DNA of 64,000 nt from NCBI RefSeq assembly GCF_009914755.1, contig NC_060925.1; one strand, 5' to 3'. Origin of the DNA: the human T2T-CHM13v2.0 reference genome, Homo sapiens. Position 1 is the stretch's first letter. The number at the start of each line of letters is the position of its first letter. A model generated the notes under the pieces. It was not told the origin of the DNA. It worked only from the letters and a program-made list of their open reading frames with translations, and did no database searches. The position numbers and the translations under genes are program-made. Of the stretch, positions 49,546 through 64,000 are shown piece by piece.

Positions 49546-50220
49546 AAAATTCTTGCAAGACGTACACTGAGTTGCCTCACATTTGCCCATTGACCCACTA
49601 TCTGTGAGTTGGTCCTGTGCTGGGTGCTCAGGAGCATCAAAAGACAGGTCCTGGGAGCCAGACCTGGGACCCCAGGGCTCCTGCTCCCCCAGAGCCAGGT
49701 TGCTATCCGCCTATGTCCTTGTCCCATCCTCTCCCTACTAGAGGACAGTGATTCTTTCCTCTTGCACTCTCTGGCATCATCAATTTTCCCTCTCTCCTGG
49801 GTCATTTCCAATGCCATAAGCATGCTATGATTTTTCCCCATCTTAAGAAAATAACCTTCTCTCAACCATGCTCCTCTCCTCTGTGCTACACCATTTCTCT
49901 TTCCCTTTACAGGGAAGAGTTCTGACTTGCTGTCTCCAATTCCTTTCCGCCCAGTCTCTCCTGAATCCACCCAATCAGGCTTTACCTGCATTGCTCCATC
50001 AAAACTGCCCTTGTCAAGGTCATTGATGCCCTCTTCATCACTCTGTTCCATGCTGGACCCTTGGTCCTCTTTGTCCTTTTCCCATCGGCTGCCTTTGACT
50101 CTCGTAATTGTCTCCTCCTTGAACCTGTTCTTCCTGAGGCTTCTAGGACACTGGCTTCTGGCTTCTCCTCCTGTCTCTCTCTGGTTGCTCCCTCTCCGCC
50201 CCCCTGCACAACAATCTGAC

Positions 50221-51529
50221 TTTTTTTTTCTTTTTTCTTTTCTTTATTATACTTTAAATTCTAGGGTACATGTGTACAATGTGCAGATTTGATACATACG
50301 TATACATGTGCCATGTTGGTGTGCTGCACCCATTAACTCGTCATTTACATTAGGTATATCTCCTAATGCTATCCCTCCCCTAGCCCCCGACCCCCCAACA
50401 GGCCCCGGTGTGTGATGTTCCCTGCCCTATGTCCAAGTGTTCTCATTGCTCAATTCCCACCTATAAGTGAGAACATGTGGTGTTTGGTTTTCTGTCCTTG
50501 TGATAGTTTGCTGAGAATGATGGTTTCCAGCTTCATCCATGTCCCAGCAAAGGACGTGAACTCATCCTTTTTATGGCTGCATAGTATTCCATGGTGTGTA
50601 TGTGCCACATATTCTTAATCCTTTTATCATTGATGGACATTTGAGTTGCTTCCAAGTCTCTGCTATTGTGAATAGTGCCGCAATAAACATACGTGTGCAT
50701 GTGTCTTTATAGTAGCATGACTTACAATCCTTTGGGAATATACCCAGTAATGGGATTGCTGGATCAAATGGTATTCCTAGTTCTAGATCCTTGAGGAATC
50801 GCCACACTGTCTTCCACAATGGTTGAACTAATTTACACTCCCACCAACAGTGTAAAAGCGTTCCTATTTCTCCACATCCTCTCCAGCATCTGTTGTTTCC
50901 TGACTTTTTAATGATCGCCATTCTAACTGGCATGAGATAGTATCTCATTGTGGTTTTGATTTGCATTTCTCTGATGACCAGTGATGAGCATTTTTTCATG
51001 TGTCTTTTGGCTGCATAAATGTCTTCTTTTGAGAAGTGTCTGTTCATATCCTTTGCCCACTTTTTGATGGGGTTGTTTTTTCTTGTAAATTTGTTTGAGT
51101 TCTTTATAGATTCTGGATATTAGCCCTTTGTCAGATGAGTAGATTGCAAAAATTTTCTCCCATTCTGTATGTTGCCCGTTCACTCTGATAGTTTCTTTTG
51201 CCGTGCAGAAGCTCTTTAGTTTAATTGGATCCCCTTTGTCTATTTTGGCTTTTGTTGCCATTGCTTTTGGTGTTTTAGACGTGAAGTCCTTGTCCATGCC
51301 TATGTCCTGAATGGTAATGCCTAGGTTTTCTTCTAGGGTTTTTATGGTTTTAGGTCTAATATTTAAGTCTTTAATCCATCTTGAATTAATTTTTGTATAA
51401 GGTGTAAGAAAGGGATCCAGTTTCAGCTTTCTACATACGGCTAACCAGTTTTCCCAGCACCATTTATTAAACAGGGAATCCTTTCCTCATTTCTTGTTTT
51501 TGTCAGGTTTGTCAAAGATCAGATGGTTA
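50221..51529 (-). mobile_element. 5'-truncated L1PA (ORF2 C-terminus plus 3'UTR)
   Basis: ORF2 peptides [28 protein letters not shown] and [13 protein letters not shown]; TSD aacaatctgactt / aacaacctgactt. Confidence 0.97.
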
Positions 51530-51789
51530 ACAACCTGACTTCTAAGTGTTTCGTGCCCTAGGCTCAGTGCTTGGACCTTCTGTTCTCTATCTACACTCAC
51601 TCCCTAAATAATCTCAGCCAAGCTCATAGCTTCAAACACCATCCAAATGCTGATAATCCCTGAATGCCTGCTTACAGTCCCAGTGTGCCTCCTGAACTCC
51701 AGACTTACACCTCCAGCTGCCTACACCACATCTCCGCTTGGTGGATTAAAGACATCTCAAACCTGGCATACACAAAACTGAGCTTCTGA

Positions 51790-52245
<456 letters not shown>

Positions 52246-52729
52246 TCTACTTTCAAAATATATCCAGGATCTGGTCAGTTCTTTCCACCTCCAGGTTTAC
52301 AACCCTCTGACCCTCTGAAGGCAATCACTGCCTAACTGGTCTCTCTGCTTCTGCCCTGGCTCCTTCACTGTATTTTCCATCCAACAGCCAGAGGAATCCT
52401 ATAAAACATAAATCAAATCATGTGACTTCTCTCCTAAAAACCCTCAAACGGCTTCTCATCTCTCTTAAAATAAAAGCCAGAGTTTTATTACCACCTGTGA
52501 GGTTTCATATGATCTAGCCTCTCCCTTTGTCTCTGACTGTGCGGCCTTCCACTTTCCTTATTTGCTCCGCGCCTGCTTCCTTGCCACTCCTCCGACGCCC
52601 TAGGCATGCCCCTGCCCCAGGGCCTTGGCACTTGCTGCTCCGCCTGCCTGAGCTATTCTGTTTGCCCAGAAATCTATTCAGCCCCAGTTCCCTCCCTTTC
52701 TCAGATCTTTACTCAAATGTCCCTCTTCA

Positions 52730-53161
<432 letters not shown>

Positions 53162-53833
53162 TCATGAATTTATTTTCTGAGAATCCCACTGGAATGTCAG
53201 CGCATGAGAGTGGGGACTGCGAGCTTTTTTTTCATCGCTGTGTCCCAAGTCCACGGTGCACAATGTTCAGCAAATATTTGTTGAATGAATGAGTAAATGA
53301 ATCCCTTCTCCTGTCCAGCATGAAGAGATCCAAGTTATCTACAGCATCCATGCCACCCAGGGGTGGGAGGCGAGGTGCTGAAGAGCCCCCCAAGACAGCA
53401 AGTGGGCCCTGAATGGAAAGGGATTCTCCATTTTCCCAGGGAGAACTCAAATGTCTATTTTCCTGTGCCACTGGAAAACATGGTTATGTATTAGTTTAAT
53501 TGTGTGTCTATTAAATACCATATATCTAAAATAAGGTGTGCTAATTTAGAAACATGAATTTTTCCATTTAATGCATTTCATGAAATTATTTTGCTCAAAC
53601 CCCTTTCTGGGGCCTTCCCCACTGGATCTTGGGAGTCAGTAGACCCCTGTTTCTAGGGATCTGAGACTCAGTGCCTTTTGAGTCCTGTGTGTTGCTGTCA
53701 CTGGGAATTTCAACCCAAGTTACAGCTTCCTGTCCGCTTCAGAATAAGAAAGTTATGTTTTCTATTCATCCACTGGGTATGTGTGACACTCGCCTCAGTT
53801 GAGACACACACTGCTGGCACAGTGCTCTGTAAA

Positions 53834-53905
53834 TAGGGTGACCATCTGTCCTGGCTTGCCCGGGACTGAGGGGAGTACTGGGACTTTCAGTCCCGAGAAA
53901 ACCCA
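53834..53905. mobile_element. MER96-like hAT fragment
   Basis: agggtgaccatctgtcctggcttgcccgggac. Confidence 0.5.
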
Positions 53906-54417
53906 AGTTCATCCTTCTGTCCATAGCGGGCTTGTTCCCAGCCACGTCCTTGCAGTTCTGAGGCCACGCACCCAGGAACAGTGAATATACTTGGGTCGAT
54001 ATTCCTTCCCGCATTTTATAAGCTGATCCACCAGGGAACTCCAGAAGGTCTCAAGTTAGCTTTGATTGAGGCTAATGTGTTTTCCTACACAGTGTTACGT
54101 GGTCTAAGCTACATAATCGACAAAGGACTCCAAAAAGAGAGGCTTTGTTAGGACCCTAATATAACCCTGTAAACCAAAAATAAAATCCCAAGGTCCCCCA
54201 CTGACTGAACAGACCCCCTCTTGGCCAAGGGAACCCCAGAAAAACCTTAAAACTGAGTTATTGGCCATGATGGAACAGGAGGTTGGTCATGCCTCATTAT
54301 ACCTCCTTCCCTTATGTGGTTTAGATACTGACCAGCATTAAGGCTAAAATGGAAATGATAAGACTGACAGGACAGACTCTTTGTGGCAATAAGATGCTAA
54401 ATTATAAATAAGACCTA

Positions 54418-54788
<371 letters not shown>

Positions 54789-54814
54789 CTGTATTCTGAC
54801 TGCCACAAGGTTTG

Positions 54815-54845
<31 letters not shown>

Positions 54846-55276
54846 GCTAAACAAGCACTGGCCTCAAGATAAATACTATTAAGACAATTACAACTCACCC
54901 AGCTCACAGACACTAACTAAGCCCCTATTCCTCCAGCCATAACTGCAGCTTTCAAAGGACAAGAGACTGATTACAATAACTTTCTCCTGATAGAAAGACC
55001 ACCCTCCACGGACCGGTTCTGGCTGGTTTACAGAGGCTGCACACTTGAGAGCCTTCATGTCCTAAAAAGACCTTTCAACATATAGGGCCTAATTATAATA
55101 CATTTAAATGTTAAGTCTCTACCCCAAAGTGAACATGGGTCATACGTAACATACATGTTTATTCAATATACATGTGTCGGGACCACCTTCATAAATACTC
55201 ATAGCTCTTCCTGTAACCTGTTAAATATGCATGTTTCGCCAACCCCTTCAGCATAAAGCTTCCACCGGAACCCCTC

Positions 55277-55690
55277 TGATGGAGTTTGGATATTTGTCCC
55301 TGCTCCAATCTTGTGTTGAAATGTAATCTCCAGCATTGGAGCAGGGGCCTGGTGGGAGGTGTTTGGATCATGGGGTTGAATCCTTCATGAATGGCTTGGG
55401 CCATCCCCTCGGTGATGAGTGAGCTCTTGCTCTGAGTTCACACATGATCTGGTCATTTAAAAGTGCATGCCCCACTCCCCTGCTCCTGCTTTCACCATGG
55501 GACATGCTTGCTCCCGCTTCACCTTCCACCATGAGTCAAAGCTCCTTAAGGCCTCCCGAGAAGCTGAGTGATGTCAGCGCTATGCTTGTACAGCCTGCAG
55601 AACCATGGACCAATGAAACCTTGCTTGTTTCTTTATAAATTACCCCGTTTCAGGTATTTCATTATAACAATGTAAGAATGGCCTAATGCA
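55277..55690 (+). mobile_element. MST (MSTB-like) MaLR solo LTR
   Basis: tgatggagtttggatatttgtccc...gcctaatgca; TSD ccctc. Confidence 0.88.
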
Positions 55691-55844
55691 CCCTCTCTTT
55701 CAAAGTGACTATCAATGGCCTTTATTGGAGGCACCTTCCCAGCCTTTGGGATGACCACCTTGCAGGCTGTTACTCCTTATAGAAAATAAACCCTCCTTTT
55801 TAAAATTCATATATATATTTAATTTCACAACCCTATAGCCAGGC

Positions 55845-56777
55845 CAAGGGCTCAAACCCCTCCTAGTTTATTATAAATAAAGCATGGGGGTCAGGTGCAG
55901 TGGCTCATGCCTATAATCCCAGCACTTTGGGAGGCTGAGGCGGGCAGATCACTTGAAGTCAGGAATTTGATACCAGTCTCGCCAACATGGTGAAACCCCG
56001 TCTCTACTAAAAATACAAAAATTAGCCAGGCATGGTGGTGCACGCCCATAGTCCCAGCTACTTGGGAGGCTAAGGTGGGAGGATCACCTGAACCCAGGAG
56101 AAGGAGGTTGCAGTGAGCCGAGATTATGTCACTGTACTCCAGCCTGGGCGACAGAGTGAGACACCGTCCCCCACCCCACCAAAAAAAAAAAAAAAAGAAA
56201 TAAATAAATAAAGCATGGGATCGCATAGGAAAATAGAAAATATCATTCTGGTTTAACGTTGGTTAAATGTTGGGTGGTGTGTTAAGGGGATTTGCTGGGG
56301 GTGTAGCTGTCTGGGTCTCCTGATAGGTCAGGGTGAAAACAGGACTCGGAGGAGTAATCACGGTAGAAGGAGAGTTAAGCCTCAGACATCTTTGCTTGTG
56401 TACTATGGATGAAATGCGATTTTGCAGAATCTGATGAGATTCCTGAGGGTTTGTTGGATCCTGTTTCATGGAGAAATAGAAGGTGAACAGCTACTAGGGC
56501 AGCGATGATAAAAGGGAAAATGAAGTGGAAGGTGATGAATCATGGAAGGGGGGTTTGTCAACTGAAAATCTGCCCCAGATTCATTCCACCAAGTTAGTAT
56601 CAGTGCATGGGGAGCTGATCATAGGTTTGTCCCTTACAAAGATATTTGTCCTCATGATAGGATGTAACCTGTATATGCTGTTGCTATTACTGCCAATAGT
56701 AGAATAATACCAATGTTTCAGGTTGGTAGAACCTAGAAAGGTCTAGGACCTGTGCTATAAGCCTCGTCCTACGTGGG
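55845..56777 (-). pseudogene. MT-CYB (nuclear pseudogene copy): NUMT: mitochondrial cytochrome b pseudogene fragment (about codons 97-295), split by an Alu
   Basis: Reverse strand in the vertebrate mitochondrial code reads HVGRGL (56761-56775), TWNIGIILLL, WGQMS, TNLVEWIWG, HETGSN (56456-56470), GDPD.YTPANPLNTPP, KPEWYFLF (56240-56251) and, past the Alu, NKLGG (55858-55872). Confidence 0.95.
55889..56210 (+). mobile_element. Alu inserted in the NUMT
   Basis: TSD ataaataaagcatggg. Confidence 0.95.
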
Positions 56778-57142
56778 TGTATTAGTCCGTTTTCACACTG
56801 CTGATAAAGACATACCCAAGACTGGGTAATTTATAAAGAAAAAAAGGATTAATGGACTCACAGTTCCACATGGCTGGGGAGGCCTCACAATCATGGCAGA
56901 AGGTGAAAAGGCACGTCTTACACGGCAGCAGATAATAGAGAAAATGAGAATCAAGTGAAAGGGGAAACCCCTTATAAAACCATCAGATCTCATGAGACTT
57001 ATTCACTACCATGAGAACAGTATGGGGGAAACTGCCCCCATGATTCAATTATCTCCCACTGGGTCTCTCCCACAGCACATAAGAATTATGGGAGCTACAA
57101 TTCACGATGAGATTTGAGTGGGGACACAGCCAAACCATATCA
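56778..57142 (-). mobile_element. THE1B-like solo LTR
   Basis: tgtattagtccgttttcac...caaaccatatca; perfect TSD gtggg. Confidence 0.95.
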
Positions 57143-57298
57143 GTGGGCCTTCTTAGGGTTGTTGTGAGGCTTAAATAGCAGGAGTCCCCTCCCCCAACTC
57201 TCACTACCTTCACCACCCCCACCCTTCCAGTGGGACTGAAGAGTAAATTGCTGCTTGTCTTCAGACCCTCCACCTGAGGGGCAAGAATAATAGCAGCT

Positions 57299-57709
57299 TG
57301 ATATGGTTTGGATCAGTGTTCCCACCCAAATCTCATGGTGAATTGTAATCCCCAATGTTGGAGGTGGTTTCTGGTGGGAGGTGATTGGATCATGGGGGCG
57401 GAGTTCTCATGAATGTTTTAGTACCATCCTGGGTACTGTATAGTGATTTCTCACGAGATCTGGTTGTTTGAAAGTGTGTAGCTTTTAACACATTTCTTTC
57501 TCTCTCTTCCTCTTGTTTCTGCCCTGTAAGATGTGCCTACCTCCTTTTGCCTTCCACTATGATTGTAAGTTCCCTGAGGCCTCCCTAGAAGCAGAAGCTG
57601 CTATGCTTCCTATACAGCCTGCAGAACCATAAGCCAATTCAGCCTCTTTATAAATTACCCAGATTCAGATATTTCTTCATTCATAGCAGTGCAAGAATGG
57701 ACTAGTACA
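57299..57709 (+). mobile_element. MSTA-like solo LTR inserted in a MIR
   Basis: tgatatggtttggatc...gactagtaca; flanks cagct / gagct. Confidence 0.9.
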
Positions 57710-57870
57710 GAGCTACTCTGTGCCAAGCTGTGAATATGATCTGTGGTCCTTATCATGACTCATTTCCATTTTACAGATGGGAAGACTGAGGCTCCGAGAG
57801 GGTAAGGAGTGACTTGCCCAAGGCCATGCATCTAGGTGCTATGCATTCGGTGTGGAGCTCAAGTTCAGAG
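57710..57870 (-). mobile_element. MIR
   Basis: ccattttacagatgggaagactgaggctccgagag...gacttgcccaaggcca. Confidence 0.85.
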
Positions 57871-58088
57871 GCTATCCCTCACACCCACCCCACCCCATCC
57901 CCATCGCATTGTATGGGTGACTCAGGGCTTGTCTGGGTTTACCCTCCAGCGAAAACAAAGGAAATGGTTTATCCAAGGGTTTGGTCCCCCATTCCTGGTG
58001 CCATGGCCCACGACCTGGCCTCAAACCTTTGGCCTTCCTGACCCAGTCCCCAGGGCCCCAGCCCTGGGAGGTGGCTACAGACAAGGTA

Positions 58089-58104
58089 CAGGCAGTGGAG
58101 CAAG

Positions 58105-58137
<33 letters not shown>
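58089..58137. repeat. (TG)~24 microsatellite
   Basis: Perfect TG run. Confidence 0.97.
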
Positions 58138-58160
<23 letters not shown>

Positions 58161-58759
58161 AAGTTCATCTTCCAGGGTCCTGTCCCCCAGACCTGAAGCT
58201 TTCATTGTGAATACAACACAGAAAATTTAATTAAATTAATTAAGTTATAACTTTCTGCAACCATTTATACTCACAGGGAAATGTGGTCTTCTCTGCTGTG
58301 GGAGAGACCCAGGGTGCAGAGCCTGGACCAGCAGACTCAGGGAGGCAGGAACCAGGACCTGGGAACACAGGTGTGCCTTTCCTGCCTGTCTGCAAGCATT
58401 TCATGAGCACCTGCTATGTGCAGGGAGGGTGCAGGGTGTTGAGGAAGTTGTGGCCGGCAAAGCACTGATCCCAAGCAGAAAGTGAAGCTGGGGCATTAGG
58501 ACTTACCCCAGGATACTGTTTTCCATGTCTCTCCCTGCATCTCTTCCTGCTTTACAAATCCTAGCTCTGGCAACACCTCCTCAGGAAGCCCTCCCTGACT
58601 GGCCCAGCTCACCCCACCTCTTCCTGTTGTCCCTATCACACAGCTGAGCAATGGGGCAGAGACAGATGGGCTCCTTGAGGGTGGGGGCAGAGTCTCTTTA
58701 CCCCAGAAGCATGTAGCCCTATGTCTCTGATTTCGACAAATTAGAGAATCAAAGAATGC

Positions 58760-58875
58760 CCCTGACAGAGGGAAAAACTGAAGGTCAGAGAGGGGCAGTA
58801 ACTTGCCAGAGGCCACACAGCAGTTTAGTGCAGAACCAGGACTAGAATGCTTCTCTGCCAAGTCCTTTCCCCTAA
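58760..58875 (-). mobile_element. MIR
   Basis: gacagagggaaaaactgaaggtcagagagggg...ggccacacagcagtttagtg. Confidence 0.75.
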
Positions 58876-59275
58876 TTATCATAATACCCCACATGTCCTG
58901 AGCTTTTTTTTTTTCTTTAATGCGTCTGGCCCCGTATTAATTACTTAAGACAGATGAACCCATCTAGCTTGTCTCCAACCCCTCAAGGAAGGCACTAATA
59001 CTATCATCCCATCTCCACTGATAAATGCACTACCTGGGGCCTGGATAAGTGACAGAATGTGCCCGAAGATCCTTCCCTGTCAGTAAATGATGGATTCAAG
59101 ATTCCAGCCCAGATGAATCACCTCAAATCCACCCTCTTCACCACTGCATCATATTCAAATCTCACCTGGGGATCCTGATAGGCTTCGGGGGGCTATGAAC
59201 CACCCGGACTTGTGTATATGTGCATTTTTCAGGGGAGAGAATCTAGAGTTTTTATCAGATTATCAAAAGGGTCTT

Positions 59276-59544
59276 GGCCGGGTGCGGTTGCTCACACCTG
59301 TAATGCCAGCATTTTGGGAGGGCGAGGCTGGTTTGGATCACCTGTGGTCAGGAGTTTAAGGCCAGCCCGGCCAACATAGTGAAACCCTGTCTTTACTAAA
59401 AACACAAAAAATTAACTGGGCATGGTGGTGCGCACCTGTAGTCCCAGCTACTCTGGAGGCTGAGGCAGGAGAATCTCTTGAGCTGAGATCACACCACTGC
59501 ACTCCAACCTGGGTGAAAGAACAAGACTCTGTCTCAGAAAAAAA
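59276..59544 (+). mobile_element. Alu with an internal deletion in the right arm
   Basis: Junction gaatctcttgag|ctgagatc. Confidence 0.92.
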
Positions 59545-60729
59545 GGAGGCCTAAAGCTTTCAAAACGATGGCTCACTGCTGTTTATGAAATTAATGAGAT
59601 GGTTCATTATGAGGATGGAGCTGCAGGTGAGCTTAGTGAGGGTGTGTGTGTCTGTGTGTGCATGTGCGTGTGTGTGTGTACGTTAAGAACAAGCTGGGAT
59701 GAAGGAGTTGGGGCGGTGTCCACGATCTCCATTTTTATGCCCTGCCCCGTGACATTCCCACCTGATGTGCTCTGCCCCCCAGCAGTAGCCATGGTCATCT
59801 CAAGACCCAGCTGGGCCCACGCGTGTGCTCCCCCATGCAGAAGGCTGGACTCACCGCCCGCTTTTATGCCATGTTCCATTTCTCTTCTGCCCATCAGCTG
59901 GGCCTCCCCACGGCCCGATCTCCACGGTTGTTTTATGGAAGGTGTCAGCTCCCTGCTCCAGTCTCTGGCCTGATGTGGTTATTAGGAACAGCTACAAGAA
60001 GAGACAAAACACAGGCGAGAAGGCGGAGGGCGAGGGTCCCTGAGGCAGCTGCCCAGAACGTGTAAAGCCTCATTCCTTGTGTCACTGGAGCAAACTCTCC
60101 GCTCCTGCCATCGCTTCTTATTTAGGACTGCATAATCATTAGGATGTGTATTTGGAAACAATTAAAAATGAGCTGCCAACATGTGGCTAAGTTTGCTCAG
60201 GCCACTTTGATAACATTAATCAGGAGAAAGGGGAGAAGGTGGCAGGATAGGGCGCATGTGAATGATCGAGGCCCAGGTGGCTTCTGGCTTGGCTGCGGGT
60301 CTTTATCCCCGGCTTCTCACTGGCCTGGGCCTGGTGGCGGTAGAGATGGTTTGGGCCAGCAGCCACAGTCCTGGGAATCGGTTTGCAAGGTGGGCTGGGC
60401 CTCACCTGCTCTGTCTGAGGCCACATGCCCATACCCCCAGGCTACTTGGGACTTGAGTCCCAAGTGCTTGGAGTAGACACCCCTCTACCCACCCTTGGCC
60501 AGCTCCTCTGCTTTGGAACAGCCATGCAGGCTTTCTTCTGCTCCAGGAGGTAACTTACAGGACATGTAAATTACAAGTGTGAATTTGTGCTTTGTGAACC
60601 ACAGAGGTCCTGGGTTGGGGTCCTAGCCCTGCCTCCTATTGCTGGGTGACCTAGGCTGAGTTTCTCTCCTTCCTTTTCCACCACCCTCCCTCTACTGCAG
60701 CCACAGGAGAGTCACAGCTTTGGCCTTAG

Positions 60730-61044
<315 letters not shown>

Positions 61045-61049
61045 TCAGC

Positions 61050-61240
61050 ACTGATTCAAATTCTAGCATTTCTCCTCACCAGCGCTACGATTTTGAGCAA
61101 GCCTCAGTTTCTCCATCTGCAAAATGGGGATAACACTATCTACCGTCTATCATTCTAATGAGGATGAAAAGGGAAAAATGCATAGAAAGCGCTTAGCAAG
61201 GTGCCGGGGCCATGCATGTTCCTGGAACGTTGTAAACAAT
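61050..61240 (+). mobile_element. MIR
   Basis: gcctcagtttctccatctgcaaaatggggataac. Confidence 0.85.
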
Positions 61241-61913
61241 CCCTGCGCTCTATGTTGTGAGTAGCCACCTGACCACTTGTCAGTCCCTTCATGCAAACAA
61301 CCTGGTAGCTTGCAGTTCCTGCTCCATGCTCTGCCCTGGGCAATGAGCTGTGGAAGGCAGGGACCAGGTCCTGGGGGCATTTTGTGTCCCCCACAGTGCC
61401 TACCCCATGCTCTGCTTCAACACTCGATACCGACTCATCAGATGCTTGTCTGGATTCCTGAAGTTGCCTCCCGACCCTTCTCCTGCTCCTCCGACCTTCC
61501 TCCCCGCAGCTGGACAGGACACAGCAGCCGGGGACCTCTTGGTAAAACACACATCGGCTCACGACTTCCCTCTGCTCGAAACCTCCTGCGCATTCCCATC
61601 TCCGAGTGAAAGTTCCAGCCGTGCTATGGCCTCTGGAGGAGACGTGGTGGCTTCAAACAACAGAATGTATCCTCTCCCAGTTTTGGAGCCCAGAGGTCCA
61701 AAATCAAGGTGTCAGTGAGGTAGGTTAGATAGGTAGTGTGGTCACAGCCCCCGTTAGAGGGGAACAAACTTGCCAAAGAGATGGAGAGAACAAACTGCCC
61801 AACAGTGCATCAGCTGTATCCTGGGCTCGTGGTTAGGACATCCTGAGGCAAGGAAGGAGAGGAGCAGCGGGGGAAATCCTCACATTCACACAAGCCCAGA
61901 AACCCATGATTAG

Positions 61914-62247
<334 letters not shown>

Positions 62248-62266
62248 CCTATGCTCATTTTAATAG

Positions 62267-62607
<341 letters not shown>

Positions 62608-62652
62608 CCCTGTGCTCATTTTAATAGCAAAAAGCACACCGCTGGATGGAGT

Positions 62653-63075
<423 letters not shown>

Positions 63076-63317
63076 TAAGATGTGAATGAGACATGCCGTG
63101 TATGTGCTAGCATGCATATCAGTAGGGCATGCGCCTCCAGGGGTCACCCAGAACGTGCCTAACAGCAAAGCCCGTTCCCGCTGCTTCAGGAATAATCACG
63201 TAAGACTCCCATAAAAGGACTTTCTCCAGTGTCACCAGGGCTGTCTCGCTCCCCAGCAGCCCACTCTCACCCAGCTCTGAGTGCACTTTCACTTTACAAT
63301 AAACTTTTCCCACTTAC

Positions 63318-63335
63318 TTTCTTCTCTTTTCCTTT

Positions 63336-63367
<32 letters not shown>

Positions 63368-63632
63368 TTGAGACGGGGTCTCGTTCTGTCACCCAGGCTG
63401 GAGTGCAGTGGCATGAGGTGTGATCATGGCGTGACGTCAAGTGATCCTCCCACCTCAGCCTCCCTAGTTGCTGGGACTACATTCATGCACCCCCGCACCC
63501 AGCTAATTTTTGTATTTTTTGTAGAGACAGGGTTTTGCCATGTTGCCCAGGCTGGTCTCGAACTCCTGGGCCCAAGCAATCTGCCTGCCTCGGCCTCTCA
63601 AAGTGCTGGGATTACAGGCATGAGCCACTGCC
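63318..63632 (-). mobile_element. Alu (AluJ) with internal rearrangement
   Basis: gtggcatgaggtgtgatcatggcgtgacgtcaagtgatcctccc. Confidence 0.9.
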
Positions 63633-64000
63633 TACTTTTATTTTGGACTTGCTCTCAAATGAAGTCAGGAGCCTGAATGGGCCCTTGGCATCAGCAGGGC
63701 TGCACCCTCTCCATAGGGGAGGATCCTTCCTGGCCTCCTCCCACTCCTGGTAGCTGTTGTGCTCCTGGGCTTGTGGCTGCATCATGCTCTCTGTGCTCAC
63801 ATGGCTGTCCCCTCGGTGCGCCTGTGCCTTCTCTTTATTCTACCTCTGATCTCCCTCTGCCTCTCTCTGTTAAGGACCTTTGTCATTGGGCTTAGGGCCC
63901 ACTCAGGTCATCCAGGATGATCTCATCTTAGAATCCTTAATTTAATCACACTTGCAAAGACTCTTTTTCCCAATAAGGTCACAGTAATTGGTTCTGAGGA

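Noticed and set aside
50571-51297. L1 ORF2 peptides as an active element
   Set aside because: Only 1.3 kb of 3' end, frameshifted, without promoter, ORF1, endonuclease or RT core.
56263-56469. 68-aa ORF (MKQDPTNPQ...) that at first suggested a Penelope-like RT
   Set aside because: It is a mostly off-frame reading of the cytochrome b NUMT; its end TPPANPLNTPP is CYTB sequence.
56870-56882. PRDM9 hotspot motif in the THE1B LTR
   Set aside because: Reads CCTCCCCAGCCAT, the common form, not the hot CCTCCCTAGCCAC variant.

Overview
Primate (anthropoid, probably human) nuclear DNA, most likely intergenic or intronic. I recognise no intact protein-coding gene, RNA gene or CpG island. The long ORFs in the track come from low-complexity repeats, Alus or decayed transposon genes. 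About 47 Alus cover roughly a fifth of the window. Also present are MIR, L2, old L1/HAL1 fragments, an L1PA 3' end, MaLR/ERV solo LTRs and several DNA transposons (near full-length Tigger1, MER44A-like, Tigger3a-like, MADE1, MER20, MER3). The most informative structures are: (1) an ancient mitochondrial cytochrome b insertion (NUMT, ~55845-56777, minus strand), bracketed by LTRs and split by an Alu; (2) a ~630 bp polyadenylated, TSD-flanked retrocopy of an unidentified transcript 3' end inside the Tigger1 transposase; (3) a decayed ERV-L provirus with both LTRs and gag-pro-RT-dUTPase remnants; (4) an AluJ that contains a piece of the much older MER20, apparently copied from a MER20 4 kb away; (5) an Alu-Alu recombination tandem duplication inside an ERV1 LTR; (6) a Tigger3a-like copy with a strong A/T-to-G/C shift next to a CCTCCCT-rich polypyrimidine array; (7) a 2.2 kb TG-rich array with higher-order structure. 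I find no evidence for a new enzymatic or multi-gene system; the novelties are evolutionary and structural. Repeat subfamily names come from remembered consensus sequences, and boundaries are approximate unless a TSD is quoted.
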